From contig JANPMR010000553.1 in assembly GCA_031427055.1 (NCBI GenBank), positions 1 through 53,442 on the forward strand: DNA of 53,442 nt. Direction: 5' to 3'. This document shows, one piece after another, positions 23,349 to 35,750 of this stretch; the stretch's first letter is position 1, and every line of letters starts with the position of its first letter. This DNA comes from Rubrivivax sp. Its GTDB lineage: Bacteria > Pseudomonadota > Gammaproteobacteria > Burkholderiales > Burkholderiaceae_C. The notes under the pieces were generated by a model, which worked only from the letters and a program-made list of their open reading frames with translations, was not told the origin of the DNA and did not search any database. A program made the translations under genes and the position numbers.

Positions 23349-24488
23349 ATGCAAGTCAAGTTGAACGTGATCGTCGCCGCCACCGCCATCCTGATCGGTG
23401 GCCCCGTCTTCGCGCAAGACGTGGTCAAGATTGGCCACGTCGGCCCCACCAGCGGCCAGATCGCCCACCTGGGCAAGGACAACGAGAACGGCGCCCGCAT
23501 GGCGATCGAAGAACTCAACGCCAAGGGCGTGACGATCGGCGGCAAGAAGGTCAAGCTCGAACTGCTGGCCGAAGACGACGCTGGCGACCCGAAGCAGGGC
23601 ACGGCTGCGGCGCAGAAGCTGGTCGACAGCAAGGTCATGGGCGTTATCGGCCACCTGAATTCAGGTACCTCGATTCCCGCGTCCAAGATTTACAGCGACG
23701 CCGGCATTCCGCAGATCAGCCCTTCGGCAACCAACCCCAAGTTCACCCGCCAAGGCTACAAGACCACCTTCCGCGTCGTCGCTGACGACGTGCACCTGGG
23801 TGGCACGCTGGGCCGCTACTCGGTGAAGGAACTCAAGGGCAAGAGCATCGCCGTCATCGACGACCGCACTGCCTACGGCCAGGGTGTGGCCGATGAGTTC
23901 GAGAAGGGCGTCAAGGCCGCTGGCGGCAAGACCGTGGGCCGTGAGTTCACCAACGACAAGGCAACCGACTTCACCGCCATCTTGACCAGCCTGAAGGCCA
24001 AGAAGCCGGACATCGTCTTCTTCGGCGGCATGGACGCGGTGGCCGGCCCGATGATGCGCCAGATGAAGCAGTTGGGCATCGAAGCCAAGTTTGTCGGCGG
24101 CGACGGCATCTGCTCGAGCGAGCTGCCCAAGCTGGCCGCTGGCACTATGGGTGACGGCCAGGTCGTCTGCGCAGAAGCGGGCGGTGTCGAGGGCGCAGCC
24201 AAGAAGTCGATGGAGGACTTCAGCGTCGCCTTCAAGAAGAAGTACAACGCCGACGTGCAGGTCTATGCACCGTACGTGTACGACGCCGTCAATGTGATGG
24301 TGGCCGCGATGGTCAAGGCCGGCTCGTCCGACCCGGCCAAGTACCTGCCCGTGCTGGCCAAGACTGACGGCTACAAGGGTGTGACCGGCACCATCGGCTT
24401 CGACGCCAAGGGTGACATCAAGAACGGCGCGCTGACCCTGTACACCTACAAGGGCGGCAAGCGCGAGCAGATTGCAGTGGTCCGCTGA
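23349..24488 (+). CDS. livK: Branched-chain amino acid ABC transporter substrate-binding protein
   Basis: EDDAGDPKQG, GHLNSG, SPSATNP, DDRTAYGQG; GGAGG RBS. Confidence 0.92.
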   Translation: MQVKLNVIVAATAILIGGPVFAQDVVKIGHVGPTSGQIAHLGKDNENGARMAIEELNAKGVTIGGKKVKLELLAEDDAGDPKQGTAAAQKLVDSKVMGVIGHLNSGTSIPASKIYSDAGIPQISPSATNPKFTRQGYKTTFRVVADDVHLGGTLGRYSVKELKGKSIAVIDDRTAYGQGVADEFEKGVKAAGGKTVGREFTNDKATDFTAILTSLKAKKPDIVFFGGMDAVAGPMMRQMKQLGIEAKFVGGDGICSSELPKLAAGTMGDGQVVCAEAGGVEGAAKKSMEDFSVAFKKKYNADVQVYAPYVYDAVNVMVAAMVKAGSSDPAKYLPVLAKTDGYKGVTGTIGFDAKGDIKNGALTLYTYKGGKREQIAVVR

Positions 24489-24512
24489 ACAAGGCGACTA
24501 CTTAAGCAAACT

Positions 24513-24540
24513 AGGGGCTCCTCGGAGCCCCTTTTTCTTT
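24513..24540 (+). terminator. Rho-independent terminator of livK
   Basis: AGGGGCTCC-TC-GGAGCCCCT followed by TTTTCTTT. Confidence 0.85.
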
Positions 24541-24561
24541 GTTGCTGCCGAGTCAGGCAAC

Positions 24562-24586
24562 AAAAAACCCGCCTCGGCGGGTCTTT
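24562..24586 (-). terminator. Rho-independent terminator of rpmB-rpmG
   Basis: Minus strand ACCCGCC-GA-GGCGGGT followed by a T run. Confidence 0.85.
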
Positions 24587-24619
24587 CGTTCGTGGCGCGC
24601 GGCGGCTTGCCGCAGCGCC

Positions 24620-24790
24620 TTACTTCAGCTTGATCTCTTTGTAGAGCACGTGCTTGCGCGCCTTGGGATCGAACTTCAGGAATTCGAGCTTTTCGGGCGT
24701 CGTCTTCTTGTTCTTGCTCGTGGTGTAGAAGTGACCGGTGCCCGCTGTGGACTCCAGCTTGATTTTTTCGCGTCCGCCTTTGCTGGCCAT
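24620..24790 (-). CDS. rpmG: 50S ribosomal protein L33
   Basis: Manual translation [56 protein letters not shown] (below the ORF-track length cutoff). Confidence 0.97.
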   Translation of the reverse strand: MASKGGREKIKLESTAGTGHFYTTSKNKKTTPEKLEFLKFDPKARKHVLYKEIKLK

Positions 24791-24807
24791 GATGCTCTCC
24801 TAGGGGT

Positions 24808-25041
24808 TCAGATTTCGCCGCGGGCGCGCAGGTCGGCGACGACCTGCTCGATGCCCACCTTGTCGATCAGGCGCAGCGCTGCATTGCTGATGCGCAGACG
24901 CACCCAGCGGTTCTCGCCCTCGACCCAGAAACGGCGGTAGTGCAGGTTGGGCAGAAAGCGGCGCTTGGTCTTGTTGTTCGCGTGTGAAACATTGTTGCCC
25001 ACCATTGGGCGCTTGCCGGTGACTTGACAGACGCGTGCCAT
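24808..25041 (-). CDS. rpmB: 50S ribosomal protein L28
   Basis: [33 protein letters not shown]. Confidence 0.97.
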   Translation of the reverse strand: MARVCQVTGKRPMVGNNVSHANNKTKRRFLPNLHYRRFWVEGENRWVRLRISNAALRLIDKVGIEQVVADLRARGEI

Positions 25042-25115
25042 GACGCTCTCCAGAAATGTTGGTCTTGCCGCCGGCTACGCGTGCAACCGCTGCACGACGT
25101 CCGGCAAAGCCCGCA

Positions 25116-25121
25116 ATTATA
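25116..25121 (-). promoter_or_regulatory. -10 box of the rpmB-rpmG promoter
   Basis: Perfect TATAAT followed by a GC-rich discriminator (TGCGGGC); no clear -35. Confidence 0.55.
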
Positions 25122-25136
25122 GCTCGACTTGTGCGG

Positions 25137-26249
<1,113 letters not shown>

Positions 26250-26269
26250 TCAACAAAGGGAGCCTGCTG

Positions 26270-26938
26270 ATGTCGCTGATGTCCAACCTCGATCTGATCC
26301 GGCGCGTGCCGCTGTTCTCGATGCTCACCGTCGACCAGGCCCAGGCCATCGCCGACAGCGTCGTCAAGCGTCGCTTTCGCCGCGGCGAGCTGGTGGTGGA
26401 GCAGGGGCGCAAGAGCAATGCGCTGTTCATCCTGCTCAACGGTCGCGCCCGCGTGCTCACCGCGGACTCGCGCGGACGCGAGGTCATCCTGGCGGTGCTC
26501 GAGTCGGGTGACTATGTCGGCGAGATGAGCCTCATCGACAACGAGTCGCACTCGGCCACCGTGCGCGCCGAAATCCAGACCGACATGTTGGTGCTGGCGC
26601 GCGCCGACTTTGCGCGCTGCCTGCCCGAGAACAGCACGCTGTCCTACGGCATCATGCGCGGCCTTGTGCGCCGGCTGCGCAATGCCGATCGTCAGATCGA
26701 GTCGCTGGCCCTGCTCGACGTCTACGGCCGTGTCGCACGCACGCTGCTCGAGATGGCCGAAGAGATCAATGGCGTCAAGATCATCCGCCACAAGGTGAGC
26801 CGCCAGGACATGGCCAAGGTGGTGGGCGCATCGCGCGAGATGGTCAGCCGGGTCATGAAGGACCTAGAGGAACGCGGCGTCATCGAGACGCAAGAGAACG
26901 GCTCGGTGATCCTCAAGGAACGGCTGCAGCCCGACTGA
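26270..26938 (+). CDS. Crp/Fnr family transcriptional regulator
   Basis: GEMSLID...HSATV cNMP domain; [21 protein letters not shown]. Confidence 0.9.
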   Translation: MSLMSNLDLIRRVPLFSMLTVDQAQAIADSVVKRRFRRGELVVEQGRKSNALFILLNGRARVLTADSRGREVILAVLESGDYVGEMSLIDNESHSATVRAEIQTDMLVLARADFARCLPENSTLSYGIMRGLVRRLRNADRQIESLALLDVYGRVARTLLEMAEEINGVKIIRHKVSRQDMAKVVGASREMVSRVMKDLEERGVIETQENGSVILKERLQPD

Positions 26939-27002
26939 GCCCGGGGCTGGCATCCGTGCGGGTGACCGCAAGGGCCGGGCCCTATCGGCCACAATGCCGG
27001 CC

Positions 27003-29321
27003 ATGAGTTTTCCTCTTGGATCGCTGCGCGGCGAGGCCGGCGCTGATGCCACGCCGGCGTCGGCCGGTGCGCCAGTTTGGCGGCGCCAGGCCTTGCTTCT
27101 GTTGACTGCGTTGAGCTGGCTGCTGTTCGTGCTGGCCATGGTTACCCACCAGGCCGCCGATCCGGCATTCACCACCTCGGGCACTGGCGATGCACTTCGC
27201 AACCGCGCCGGGCTGTTGGGCGCGCGGGTGGCGGACATGGTGCTGTTTTTGTTCGGCTTCTCGGCTTGGTGGCTGGTGCCCGTGAGCCTGCGCGCCTGGT
27301 TGTCCGCGCTGGCGCGCCAGTGGCGCCCCGAGTCGGCCGAGACGCTGCCGCCGCGCTGGATCTTCTGGGTCGGCTTGGCCTTGCTGATGACGGCCAGCTC
27401 TGCGCTCGAGTGGACCCGCCTTTACCGTTGGGAGCAACTGCTGCCCGGCCATGCCGGCGGCGTGCTGGGCTACGCGGTGGGTGCGTTGTCGATGCGCTGG
27501 CTGGGCTTTGCCGGCTCCGGCGTGCTGTGGATAGCGCTGTTGGTGGTGGGCACGTCGCTGGCGCTTCGCTTCTCGTGGTTGCGCCTGGCCGAAGCCATCG
27601 GCGAACGTCTGGACGGCCTGCGCGAACGCCGCCAGGGCCGCCGCGATCTGGAAGAGGACCGCCGACTGGGTGAACTGGCCGCGCAGGAGCGCGAGGCGAT
27701 CGTCGAGGTGCAGCGCCATGAGGTGCAAGACCATGTGCCGCTGGTCATCGCAGCACCGGTGATGGACATCCCGCCCTCGCAGCGCGTCGCCAAGGAGCGC
27801 CAGAAGCCGCTCTTCGTCGAGCTGGCGGACACCAAGCTGCCGCAGGTCGACTTGCTCGACGGCGTGACGGGTTCGCGCCAGGAAAGTGTCACGCCCGAGT
27901 CGCTGGAGATGACCAGCCGGTTGATCGAGAAAAAGCTCAAGGACTTCGGCGTCGAGGTGCGCGTGGTGGCGGCCAGCCCGGGCCCGGTGATCACGCGCTA
28001 CGAGATCGAGCCGGCCACCGGCGTCAAGGGCGCGCAGATCGTCGGCCTGGCGCGCGACTTGGCACGCTCGCTGTCGCTGGTGAGCATCCGCGTCGTCGAG
28101 GTCATCCCGGGCAAGAACTTCATGGCGCTGGAACTGCCCAACGCGCGGCGCCAGATCATCCGTTTGTCGGAGATCCTGGGCTCCGAGGTCTACAACGAAT
28201 CGGCCTCGATGCTGACCATGGGCCTGGGCAAGGACATCGTCGGCAAGCCGGTGGTGGCCGACCTGGCCAAGATGCCGCATTGCCTGGTGGCCGGCACCAC
28301 CGGTTCGGGCAAGAGCGTGGGCATCAACGCGATGATCCTGAGCCTGCTCTACAAGGCCGAGGCACGCGACGTGCGGCTGATCCTGATCGACCCCAAGATG
28401 CTCGAGATGAGCGTCTACGAGGGCATCCCGCACCTGCTGGCGCCGGTGGTGACGGACATGAAGCAGGCGGCCAACGCGCTCAACTGGTGCGTCGGCGAGA
28501 TGGAGCGCCGCTACAAGCTGCTGAGCAAGCTGGGCGTGCGCAACCTGGCCGGCTACAACCGCAAGATCAACGAGGCCGGCGAGCGCGGCGAGAAGCTGGG
28601 CAACCCCTTCAGCCTGACGCCCGAGGCGCCCGAGCCGCTGGAGCGCCTGCCGCACGTGGTGGTGGTGATCGACGAGTTGGCCGACCTGATGATGGTGGTC
28701 GGCAAGAAGATCGAGGAGCTGATCGCGCGCCTGGCGCAGAAGGCGCGCGCCGCCGGCATCCACCTCATTCTCGCCACGCAACGGCCCAGCGTGGATGTCA
28801 TCACCGGCCTCATCAAGGCCAACATCCCGACGCGCCTGAGCTTCCAGGTCAGCAGCAAGATCGACAGCCGCACCATCCTCGACCAGATGGGCGCCGAGGC
28901 CCTGCTGGGCCAAGGCGACATGCTCTACCTGACGCCCGGCACCGGGCTGCCGGTGCGCGTGCACGGCGCCTTCGTCAGCGACGAAGAAGTGCACCGAGTC
29001 GTCAGCTACCTGAAGACGCAGGGCGCGCCGAACTACATCGAGGGCATCCTCGAAGGCGGCGTGCTCGATGGCGACGCGGCCGGTGGCGAGGCCGGCGCGC
29101 TGCCCGGCGGCCAGGGCACCGAGAGCGACCCGATGTACGACCAGGCGGTGCAGGTGGTGCTGCAGCACCGCCGGGCCTCGATCTCGCTGGTGCAGCGCCA
29201 CCTGCGCATCGGCTACAACCGCGCCGCGCGGCTGCTCGAGCAGATGGAGCAGTCGGGTCTGGTCTCTGCGATGGGCCACGCCGGCAGCCGCGACATCCTG
29301 ATACCGAAGAAGGACGAATGA
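27003..29321 (+). CDS. ftsK: DNA translocase FtsK
   Basis: N-terminal TM domain, AGTTGSGKS Walker [19 protein letters not shown], gamma domain [11 protein letters not shown]. Alternative start at 26994. Confidence 0.95.
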   Translation: MSFPLGSLRGEAGADATPASAGAPVWRRQALLLLTALSWLLFVLAMVTHQAADPAFTTSGTGDALRNRAGLLGARVADMVLFLFGFSAWWLVPVSLRAWLSALARQWRPESAETLPPRWIFWVGLALLMTASSALEWTRLYRWEQLLPGHAGGVLGYAVGALSMRWLGFAGSGVLWIALLVVGTSLALRFSWLRLAEAIGERLDGLRERRQGRRDLEEDRRLGELAAQEREAIVEVQRHEVQDHVPLVIAAPVMDIPPSQRVAKERQKPLFVELADTKLPQVDLLDGVTGSRQESVTPESLEMTSRLIEKKLKDFGVEVRVVAASPGPVITRYEIEPATGVKGAQIVGLARDLARSLSLVSIRVVEVIPGKNFMALELPNARRQIIRLSEILGSEVYNESASMLTMGLGKDIVGKPVVADLAKMPHCLVAGTTGSGKSVGINAMILSLLYKAEARDVRLILIDPKMLEMSVYEGIPHLLAPVVTDMKQAANALNWCVGEMERRYKLLSKLGVRNLAGYNRKINEAGERGEKLGNPFSLTPEAPEPLERLPHVVVVIDELADLMMVVGKKIEELIARLAQKARAAGIHLILATQRPSVDVITGLIKANIPTRLSFQVSSKIDSRTILDQMGAEALLGQGDMLYLTPGTGLPVRVHGAFVSDEEVHRVVSYLKTQGAPNYIEGILEGGVLDGDAAGGEAGALPGGQGTESDPMYDQAVQVVLQHRRASISLVQRHLRIGYNRAARLLEQMEQSGLVSAMGHAGSRDILIPKKDE

Positions 29322-29923
29322 AGCACCTGGCTGTTTTGATTCTTCTGTTGGCCGGCGCAGGGGCCCACGCCGACGCGGTGGACACGCTGCGCGAGTTTGT
29401 TCGCGACGTGAAGAGCGGCCGCGCCGCCTTCACGCAGGCCGTGACTTCAGCCGACGGCGCGCGCACCAAAGTGAGCAGCGGCGAGTTCGAGTTCGCTCGG
29501 CCCAACCGCTTTCGCTTTGCCTACGTCAAGCCGTTCCAGCAACTCATCGTCGCCGACGGACAGAAGGTCTGGCTGCACGACCCGGATCTCAACCAGGCGA
29601 GTTCGCGGCGCATCGACCAGGCGCTCGGCGCGACACCGGCCGCGCTGCTGGCGGGCGCCAGCCTGGAGCCCGAGTTCACGCTCACGCCGCAGCCCTCACG
29701 AGACGGCGTCGATTGGGCGCTGGCCACGCCGCGTGCCAAGGATGGGCCGTTCCAGGCCATGCGGGTGGGGTTTCGCGGTCGCACGCTGGTGGCGGTGGAG
29801 ATCACCGACAGCTTTGGCCAGCGCTCAAAGCTGGACTTCACCGGCTTCGTACCGAACACCGCAATCGCGCCAGAACGTTTTCGCTTCACGCCGCCGCCGG
29901 GCGCCGACGTGATCGAGCAGTAG
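29318..29923 (+). CDS. lolA: Outer-membrane lipoprotein carrier LolA
   Basis: Signal peptide, [26 protein letters not shown]; overlaps the ftsK stop (ATGA). Confidence 0.92.
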   Translation: MKHLAVLILLLAGAGAHADAVDTLREFVRDVKSGRAAFTQAVTSADGARTKVSSGEFEFARPNRFRFAYVKPFQQLIVADGQKVWLHDPDLNQASSRRIDQALGATPAALLAGASLEPEFTLTPQPSRDGVDWALATPRAKDGPFQAMRVGFRGRTLVAVEITDSFGQRSKLDFTGFVPNTAIAPERFRFTPPPGADVIEQ

Positions 29924-29959
29924 CGGGCCGTCAGCAGACGAACTTGGCGACCTTCACGC

Positions 29960-30487
29960 TCAGCCCGCCGCGTCTACCAAGCCCATCTCCGGGCTCTGCA
30001 TCAGGTGTTCGATGTCCATCAGGATCAGCATGCGCAGCGCGTCGCCCGTCTTCACGCTGCCCAGGCCGGTGATGTAGCTGGCGTCGATGGCGCCGTTGAA
30101 TTCGGGCGCGGGCCGGATCTCTTCGGCTTTGAGTTCGAGCACGTCACTCACCGAGTCGACCACCATGCCCACGGTGCGCCCGGCGATGTTCAGGATGATG
30201 ACGACGGTGAAGCTGTTGTACTGCACGTCGGACAGGCCGAAGCGCAGCCGCATGTCGACGATGGGCACGATCACGCCGCGCAGGTTGACCACACCCTTGA
30301 TGAAGTCGGGCGCGTTGGCGATGCGTGTCGGCGCCTCGTAGCCGCGGATCTCTTGCACGCGCAGGATGTCGATGCCGTATTCCTCGGCGCCCAGCTTGAA
30401 CGACAGGTACTCGCGCGTTCCGGCGTGGGCTGCCTGCACGGCGGCGTTGGCTTGGGCAGCGTTGGCGGCTGACGGGGCGATGCTCAT
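29960..30487 (-). CDS. cheW: Chemotaxis coupling protein CheW (orphan)
   Basis: [49 protein letters not shown]. Confidence 0.93.
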   Translation of the reverse strand: MSIAPSAANAAQANAAVQAAHAGTREYLSFKLGAEEYGIDILRVQEIRGYEAPTRIANAPDFIKGVVNLRGVIVPIVDMRLRFGLSDVQYNSFTVVIILNIAGRTVGMVVDSVSDVLELKAEEIRPAPEFNGAIDASYITGLGSVKTGDALRMLILMDIEHLMQSPEMGLVDAAG

Positions 30488-30644
30488 GGCAGGGAGGTCC
30501 TCTCGGGCGAGGCGCGGCGATCCGCGTCGGTTTCGGATGATGGGGTCGAGTGTCCACGTCCAACGCCACACCGGCAAGATTGAAATGACGGCCTCGGGCC
30601 CGCCATTTCAGCCCGCTGGCCGGCCCGCTGCGACAATCCAGCCC

Positions 30645-31979
30645 ATGCCGACGCAGGATCCGCTGTTTGCCGACGCGGCCCCGGCTGCGCGGCCCGAGGT
30701 GCCGCTGGCCGAGCGCTTGCGGCCCGCCACGCTGGACGATGTCGTGGGCCAGCGCCACCTGCTGGCGAGCGGGCGGCCGCTGCGCGTGGCCTTCGAGTCC
30801 GGACGACTGCCCTCGATGATCCTGTGGGGCCCGCCGGGCGTGGGCAAGACGACGCTGGCGCGCTTGCTGGCGGCGGCCACTGGCGCGCACTTCATCGTGT
30901 TGTCGGCGGTGCTGGCCGGCGTCAAGGACATCCGCGACGCGGTAGAGCAGGCCGAGGCCTTGCGCCGCGCCGGCCGCGCCACCGTGCTGTTTGTCGACGA
31001 GGTGCACCGCTTCAACAAGGCACAGCAAGACGCTTTCTTGCCGCACGTCGAGGCGGGGCTGTTCAGCTTCATCGGTGCGACGACCGAGAACCCCTCGTTC
31101 GAAGTCAACGCGGCCTTGCTCTCGCGCGCCACGGTGCATGTGCTCGAGTCGCTGGACGAAGCCGACCTTGGCGCCTTGCTCGACCGTGCTCAGTCTGCGC
31201 AGCCCGGGCCGCCCGTGGACGCCGCGGCACGCGAGCGGCTGATCGCCTTCGCCGATGGTGACGGGCGCCGACTGCTCAACGCCTTTGAGAGCGCCGTCGC
31301 CGCGCATCCGCACGCCGCGGCCATCACGCCGGTGGAGCTCGAAGCCGCCCTCGGCCGCATGCTGCGCCGGGGCGACAAGGGCGGCGATGTGTTCTACGAC
31401 ACCATCTCGGCACTGCACAAGTCGGTGCGCGGCTCTGACCCCGACGCCGCGCTGTACTGGCTGGCGCGCCTGCTCGACGCCGGCATGGACCCACGCTACG
31501 CCGCGCGGCGCATCGTGCGCATGGCCAGCGAGGACATTGGCCTTGCCGACCCGCGCGCGCTGCGCCTGGCGCTTGACGCGGCCGAGGTCTTCGAGCGCTT
31601 GGGCTCGCCCGAGGGCGAACTGGCCCTGGCGCAAGCCGTCACCTACCTGGCGGTGGCGCCCAAGTCCAACGCCGTCTACAAGGCCTGGGGCGAGGTTCGA
31701 GAGCTGGTGCGCCAGGAAGGCACCCGGCCGGTGCCGATGCATCTGCGCAATGCGCCGACGCGCCTGATGAAGGACATCGGGCACGGCGCAGGCTACCGTT
31801 ACGCACACGACGAACCCGACGGCTACGCCGCGGGCATGCAGTACCTGCCCGATGCCTTGCAGGGCCGCCGCTTCTATGAACCCGTGGCGCGCGGCCTGGA
31901 GCTGCGTATCGGCGAGCGACTGGCCGAGCTGCGTCGGCGCGACCTTGCTGCGCGCGGCGACGCGACGCCGCAGGACTGA
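30645..31979 (+). CDS. rarA: Replication-associated recombination protein A
   Basis: [42 protein letters not shown]. Confidence 0.95.
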   Translation: MPTQDPLFADAAPAARPEVPLAERLRPATLDDVVGQRHLLASGRPLRVAFESGRLPSMILWGPPGVGKTTLARLLAAATGAHFIVLSAVLAGVKDIRDAVEQAEALRRAGRATVLFVDEVHRFNKAQQDAFLPHVEAGLFSFIGATTENPSFEVNAALLSRATVHVLESLDEADLGALLDRAQSAQPGPPVDAAARERLIAFADGDGRRLLNAFESAVAAHPHAAAITPVELEAALGRMLRRGDKGGDVFYDTISALHKSVRGSDPDAALYWLARLLDAGMDPRYAARRIVRMASEDIGLADPRALRLALDAAEVFERLGSPEGELALAQAVTYLAVAPKSNAVYKAWGEVRELVRQEGTRPVPMHLRNAPTRLMKDIGHGAGYRYAHDEPDGYAAGMQYLPDALQGRRFYEPVARGLELRIGERLAELRRRDLAARGDATPQD

Positions 31980-32181
31980 CGCTCCGAGGTGACGGCCAGC
32001 CCGCCAGCGCTTGGTTGGCGTACGGCCAAGGGGGTAAGCCCGGCCCGATCCGCAGCAAGGCGCCACCTAGAATGATTTTCAACCGCAGGGCCCTCTTGGC
32101 CCGTGCGCGTCCGGCTAGGCGAGCTTTTTGCATGCGCTGTGGTCGGGCCGCACGCCGTGCGGCAACTGGAGTCCCCCCGCA

Positions 32182-33105
32182 ATGGAAACCTTCTTCCAGC
32201 AGATCATCAACGGCCTCGTGCTGGGCAGCATGTATGCGCTGGTGGCGCTGGGCTACACGATGGTCTACGGCATCATCAACCTCATCAACTTCGCGCATGG
32301 CGAGGTGCTGATGTTTGGTGCGCTCACCAGCTGGACGGTGGTCACCGCACTGGCCGACACCGGGGCGCCCGGATGGGCGCTGATGCTGATGTCGCTGATG
32401 TGCGCCATCGTGGTCTGCGCGGCGCTCAACTTCAGCATCGAGAAGCTCGCCTACCGGCCACTTCGATCGGCACCGAGGCTGGCGCCCTTGATCACCGCCA
32501 TGGGCATGAGCCTGCTGCTGCAGACCTTGGCCATGATCATCTGGAAGCCCAACCCCAAGCCTTACCCGGCGCTGCTGCCCAGCGAGCCCATCGACCTCGG
32601 CGGCCCGGTCATCACCGTCACACAGATCCTGATCCTGGGCCTCACGGCGGTGATCCTGGCCAGCCTGATGTACCTGGTGAACAAGACCAAGCTCGGGCGC
32701 GCCATGCGCGCCACGGCCGAGAACCCGCGCGTCGCCGCGCTGATGGGCGTCAAGCCCGACGTGGTGATCTCGGCCACCTTCATCATCGGCGCCGTATTGG
32801 CTGCGGTGGCCGGCGTGATGTGGGCCGCCAACTACGGCACTGTGCAGCACACCATGGGCTTCCTGCCGGGGCTGAAGGCCTTCACCGCAGCCGTGCTGGG
32901 CGGCATTGGCAACCTCAGTGGCGCGGTAGTCGGCGGCATCCTTCTCGGGCTGGTCGAGGCCCTGGGCGCGGGTTACCTGGGCGACCTGACCGGTGGCGTG
33001 CTGGGCAGCCACTATGCCGACGTCTTCGCCTTCGTGGCGCTGATCCTGGTGCTGACGCTGCGGCCCCAGGGCCTGCTGGGCGAACGTGTCGCCGACCGCG
33101 CCTGA
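32182..33105 (+). CDS. livH: Branched-chain amino acid ABC transporter permease LivH
   Basis: NGLVLGSMYALVALGYTMVYGIINLINFAHG, KAFTAAVLGGIG. Confidence 0.93.
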   Translation: METFFQQIINGLVLGSMYALVALGYTMVYGIINLINFAHGEVLMFGALTSWTVVTALADTGAPGWALMLMSLMCAIVVCAALNFSIEKLAYRPLRSAPRLAPLITAMGMSLLLQTLAMIIWKPNPKPYPALLPSEPIDLGGPVITVTQILILGLTAVILASLMYLVNKTKLGRAMRATAENPRVAALMGVKPDVVISATFIIGAVLAAVAGVMWAANYGTVQHTMGFLPGLKAFTAAVLGGIGNLSGAVVGGILLGLVEALGAGYLGDLTGGVLGSHYADVFAFVALILVLTLRPQGLLGERVADRA

Positions 33106-33120
33106 CCCGGGGGACAAGGC

Positions 33121-34209
<1,089 letters not shown>

Positions 34210-34220
34210 AGGGGACGACC

Positions 34221-34991
34221 ATGACAGACATCGTTCTCAAGGTCGAACAGGTCAGCAAACGCTTCGGCGGCCTGCAGGCGCTGTCAGACGTTGGCATCAC
34301 CATCCGCGCCGGGCAGGTGTACGGCCTGATCGGCCCCAACGGCGCCGGCAAGACCACCTTCTTCAACGTCATCACCGGGCTGTACACGCCCGACTCGGGC
34401 AGCTTCGAGCTCGGCGGCAAGCCCTACAAGCCCAGCGCGGTGCATGAAGTGGCCAAGCAGGGCATCGCACGCACGTTCCAGAACATCCGTCTGTTTGCGG
34501 AGATGACGGCGCTCGAGAACGTGATGGTCGGCCGCCACGTGCGCACGCACTCCGGTCTGCTGGGGGCCATCTTTCGCACGCCGGGGTTCAAGGCCGAAGA
34601 AGCGGCGATCGCCAAGCGCGCGCAGGAGCTGCTGGACTACGTCGGCATCGGCCGCTACGCCGAGTTCCGCGCCCGCACGCTGAGCTACGGCGATCAGCGT
34701 CGGCTCGAGATTGCGCGCGCCCTGGCCACCGACCCCAAGCTGATCGCACTGGACGAGCCGGCCGCCGGCATGAATGCCACCGAGAAAGTGGTGCTGCGCG
34801 AGCTGATCGACCGCATCCGCAAGGATGGCCGCACCATCCTGCTCATCGAGCACGACGTGAAGCTGGTGATGGGCCTGTGCGATCGCGTCACGGTGCTCGA
34901 CTATGGCAAGCAGATCGCCGAAGGCAATCCCGCCGAGGTGCAGAAGAACGACAAGGTGATCGAGGCCTACCTCGGCACCGCCGCACACTGA
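34221..34991 (+). CDS. livG: Branched-chain amino acid ABC transporter ATP-binding protein LivG
   Basis: GPNGAGKTT, RTFQNIRLF, LSYGDQRRLEIARA. Confidence 0.93.
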   Translation: MTDIVLKVEQVSKRFGGLQALSDVGITIRAGQVYGLIGPNGAGKTTFFNVITGLYTPDSGSFELGGKPYKPSAVHEVAKQGIARTFQNIRLFAEMTALENVMVGRHVRTHSGLLGAIFRTPGFKAEEAAIAKRAQELLDYVGIGRYAEFRARTLSYGDQRRLEIARALATDPKLIALDEPAAGMNATEKVVLRELIDRIRKDGRTILLIEHDVKLVMGLCDRVTVLDYGKQIAEGNPAEVQKNDKVIEAYLGTAAH

Positions 34992-35005
34992 AGGGCCGCC
35001 GAGCC

Positions 35006-35719
35006 ATGGCACAGACGATGTTGAAGGTCAGCGGCCTGAAGGTCGCCTATGGCGGCATCCAGGCCGTCAAGGGCGTGAGCTTCGAGGTCTTCGAGGGCGA
35101 ACTGGTGAGCCTGATCGGCGCCAACGGCGCCGGCAAGACGACCACGCTGAAGGCCATCACCGGCACCCAGACCGTGGCCGATGGGCAGATCGAGTTCATG
35201 GGCCGTGCCATCAAGGGGCAGGGCGCCTGGAACCTCGTCAAGCAGGGCCTGGTGATGGTGCCCGAGGGGCGCGGCGTGTTCTCGCGCATGACCATCCTTG
35301 AGAACCTGCAGATGGGCGCCTTCGTGCGCAACGACAAGGAGATCGACGCCGACATCGACAAGGTCTTCGGGATCTTTCCGCGCCTGAAGGAGCGTGCCTT
35401 GCAGCTGGCCGGCACCATGAGCGGCGGCGAGCAGCAGATGCTGGCCATGGGCCGTGCGCTGATGGCCCGGCCCAAGGTGCTGCTGCTGGACGAGCCCAGC
35501 ATGGGCCTGAGCCCGATCATGGTCGACAAGATCTTCGAGGTCGTGGCCGACATCCACAAGCGCGGCACGACGGTCTTGCTGGTGGAGCAAAATGCCAGCC
35601 GCGCATTGGGGCTGGCCAATCGCGGTTACGTCATGGAGTCGGGCGAGATCACGATGACTGGCGAGGCCAAGGCCTTGCTCGCCGACCCCAAGGTGCGTGC
35701 GGCCTATCTTGGCGAGTGA
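35006..35719 (+). CDS. livF: Branched-chain amino acid ABC transporter ATP-binding protein LivF
   Basis: GANGAGKTT, MSGGEQQMLA, LLDEPSMGL. Confidence 0.93.
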   Translation: MAQTMLKVSGLKVAYGGIQAVKGVSFEVFEGELVSLIGANGAGKTTTLKAITGTQTVADGQIEFMGRAIKGQGAWNLVKQGLVMVPEGRGVFSRMTILENLQMGAFVRNDKEIDADIDKVFGIFPRLKERALQLAGTMSGGEQQMLAMGRALMARPKVLLLDEPSMGLSPIMVDKIFEVVADIHKRGTTVLLVEQNASRALGLANRGYVMESGEITMTGEAKALLADPKVRAAYLGE

Positions 35720-35750
35720 TGGTCTGGCGCAGCGCCGCCAAGGAGATTTC

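Noticed and set aside
28280-29923. 547-aa ORF implying an extended LolA or FtsK-LolA fusion
   Set aside because: Alternative-frame run-through; lolA starts at ATG 29318 with its own signal peptide.
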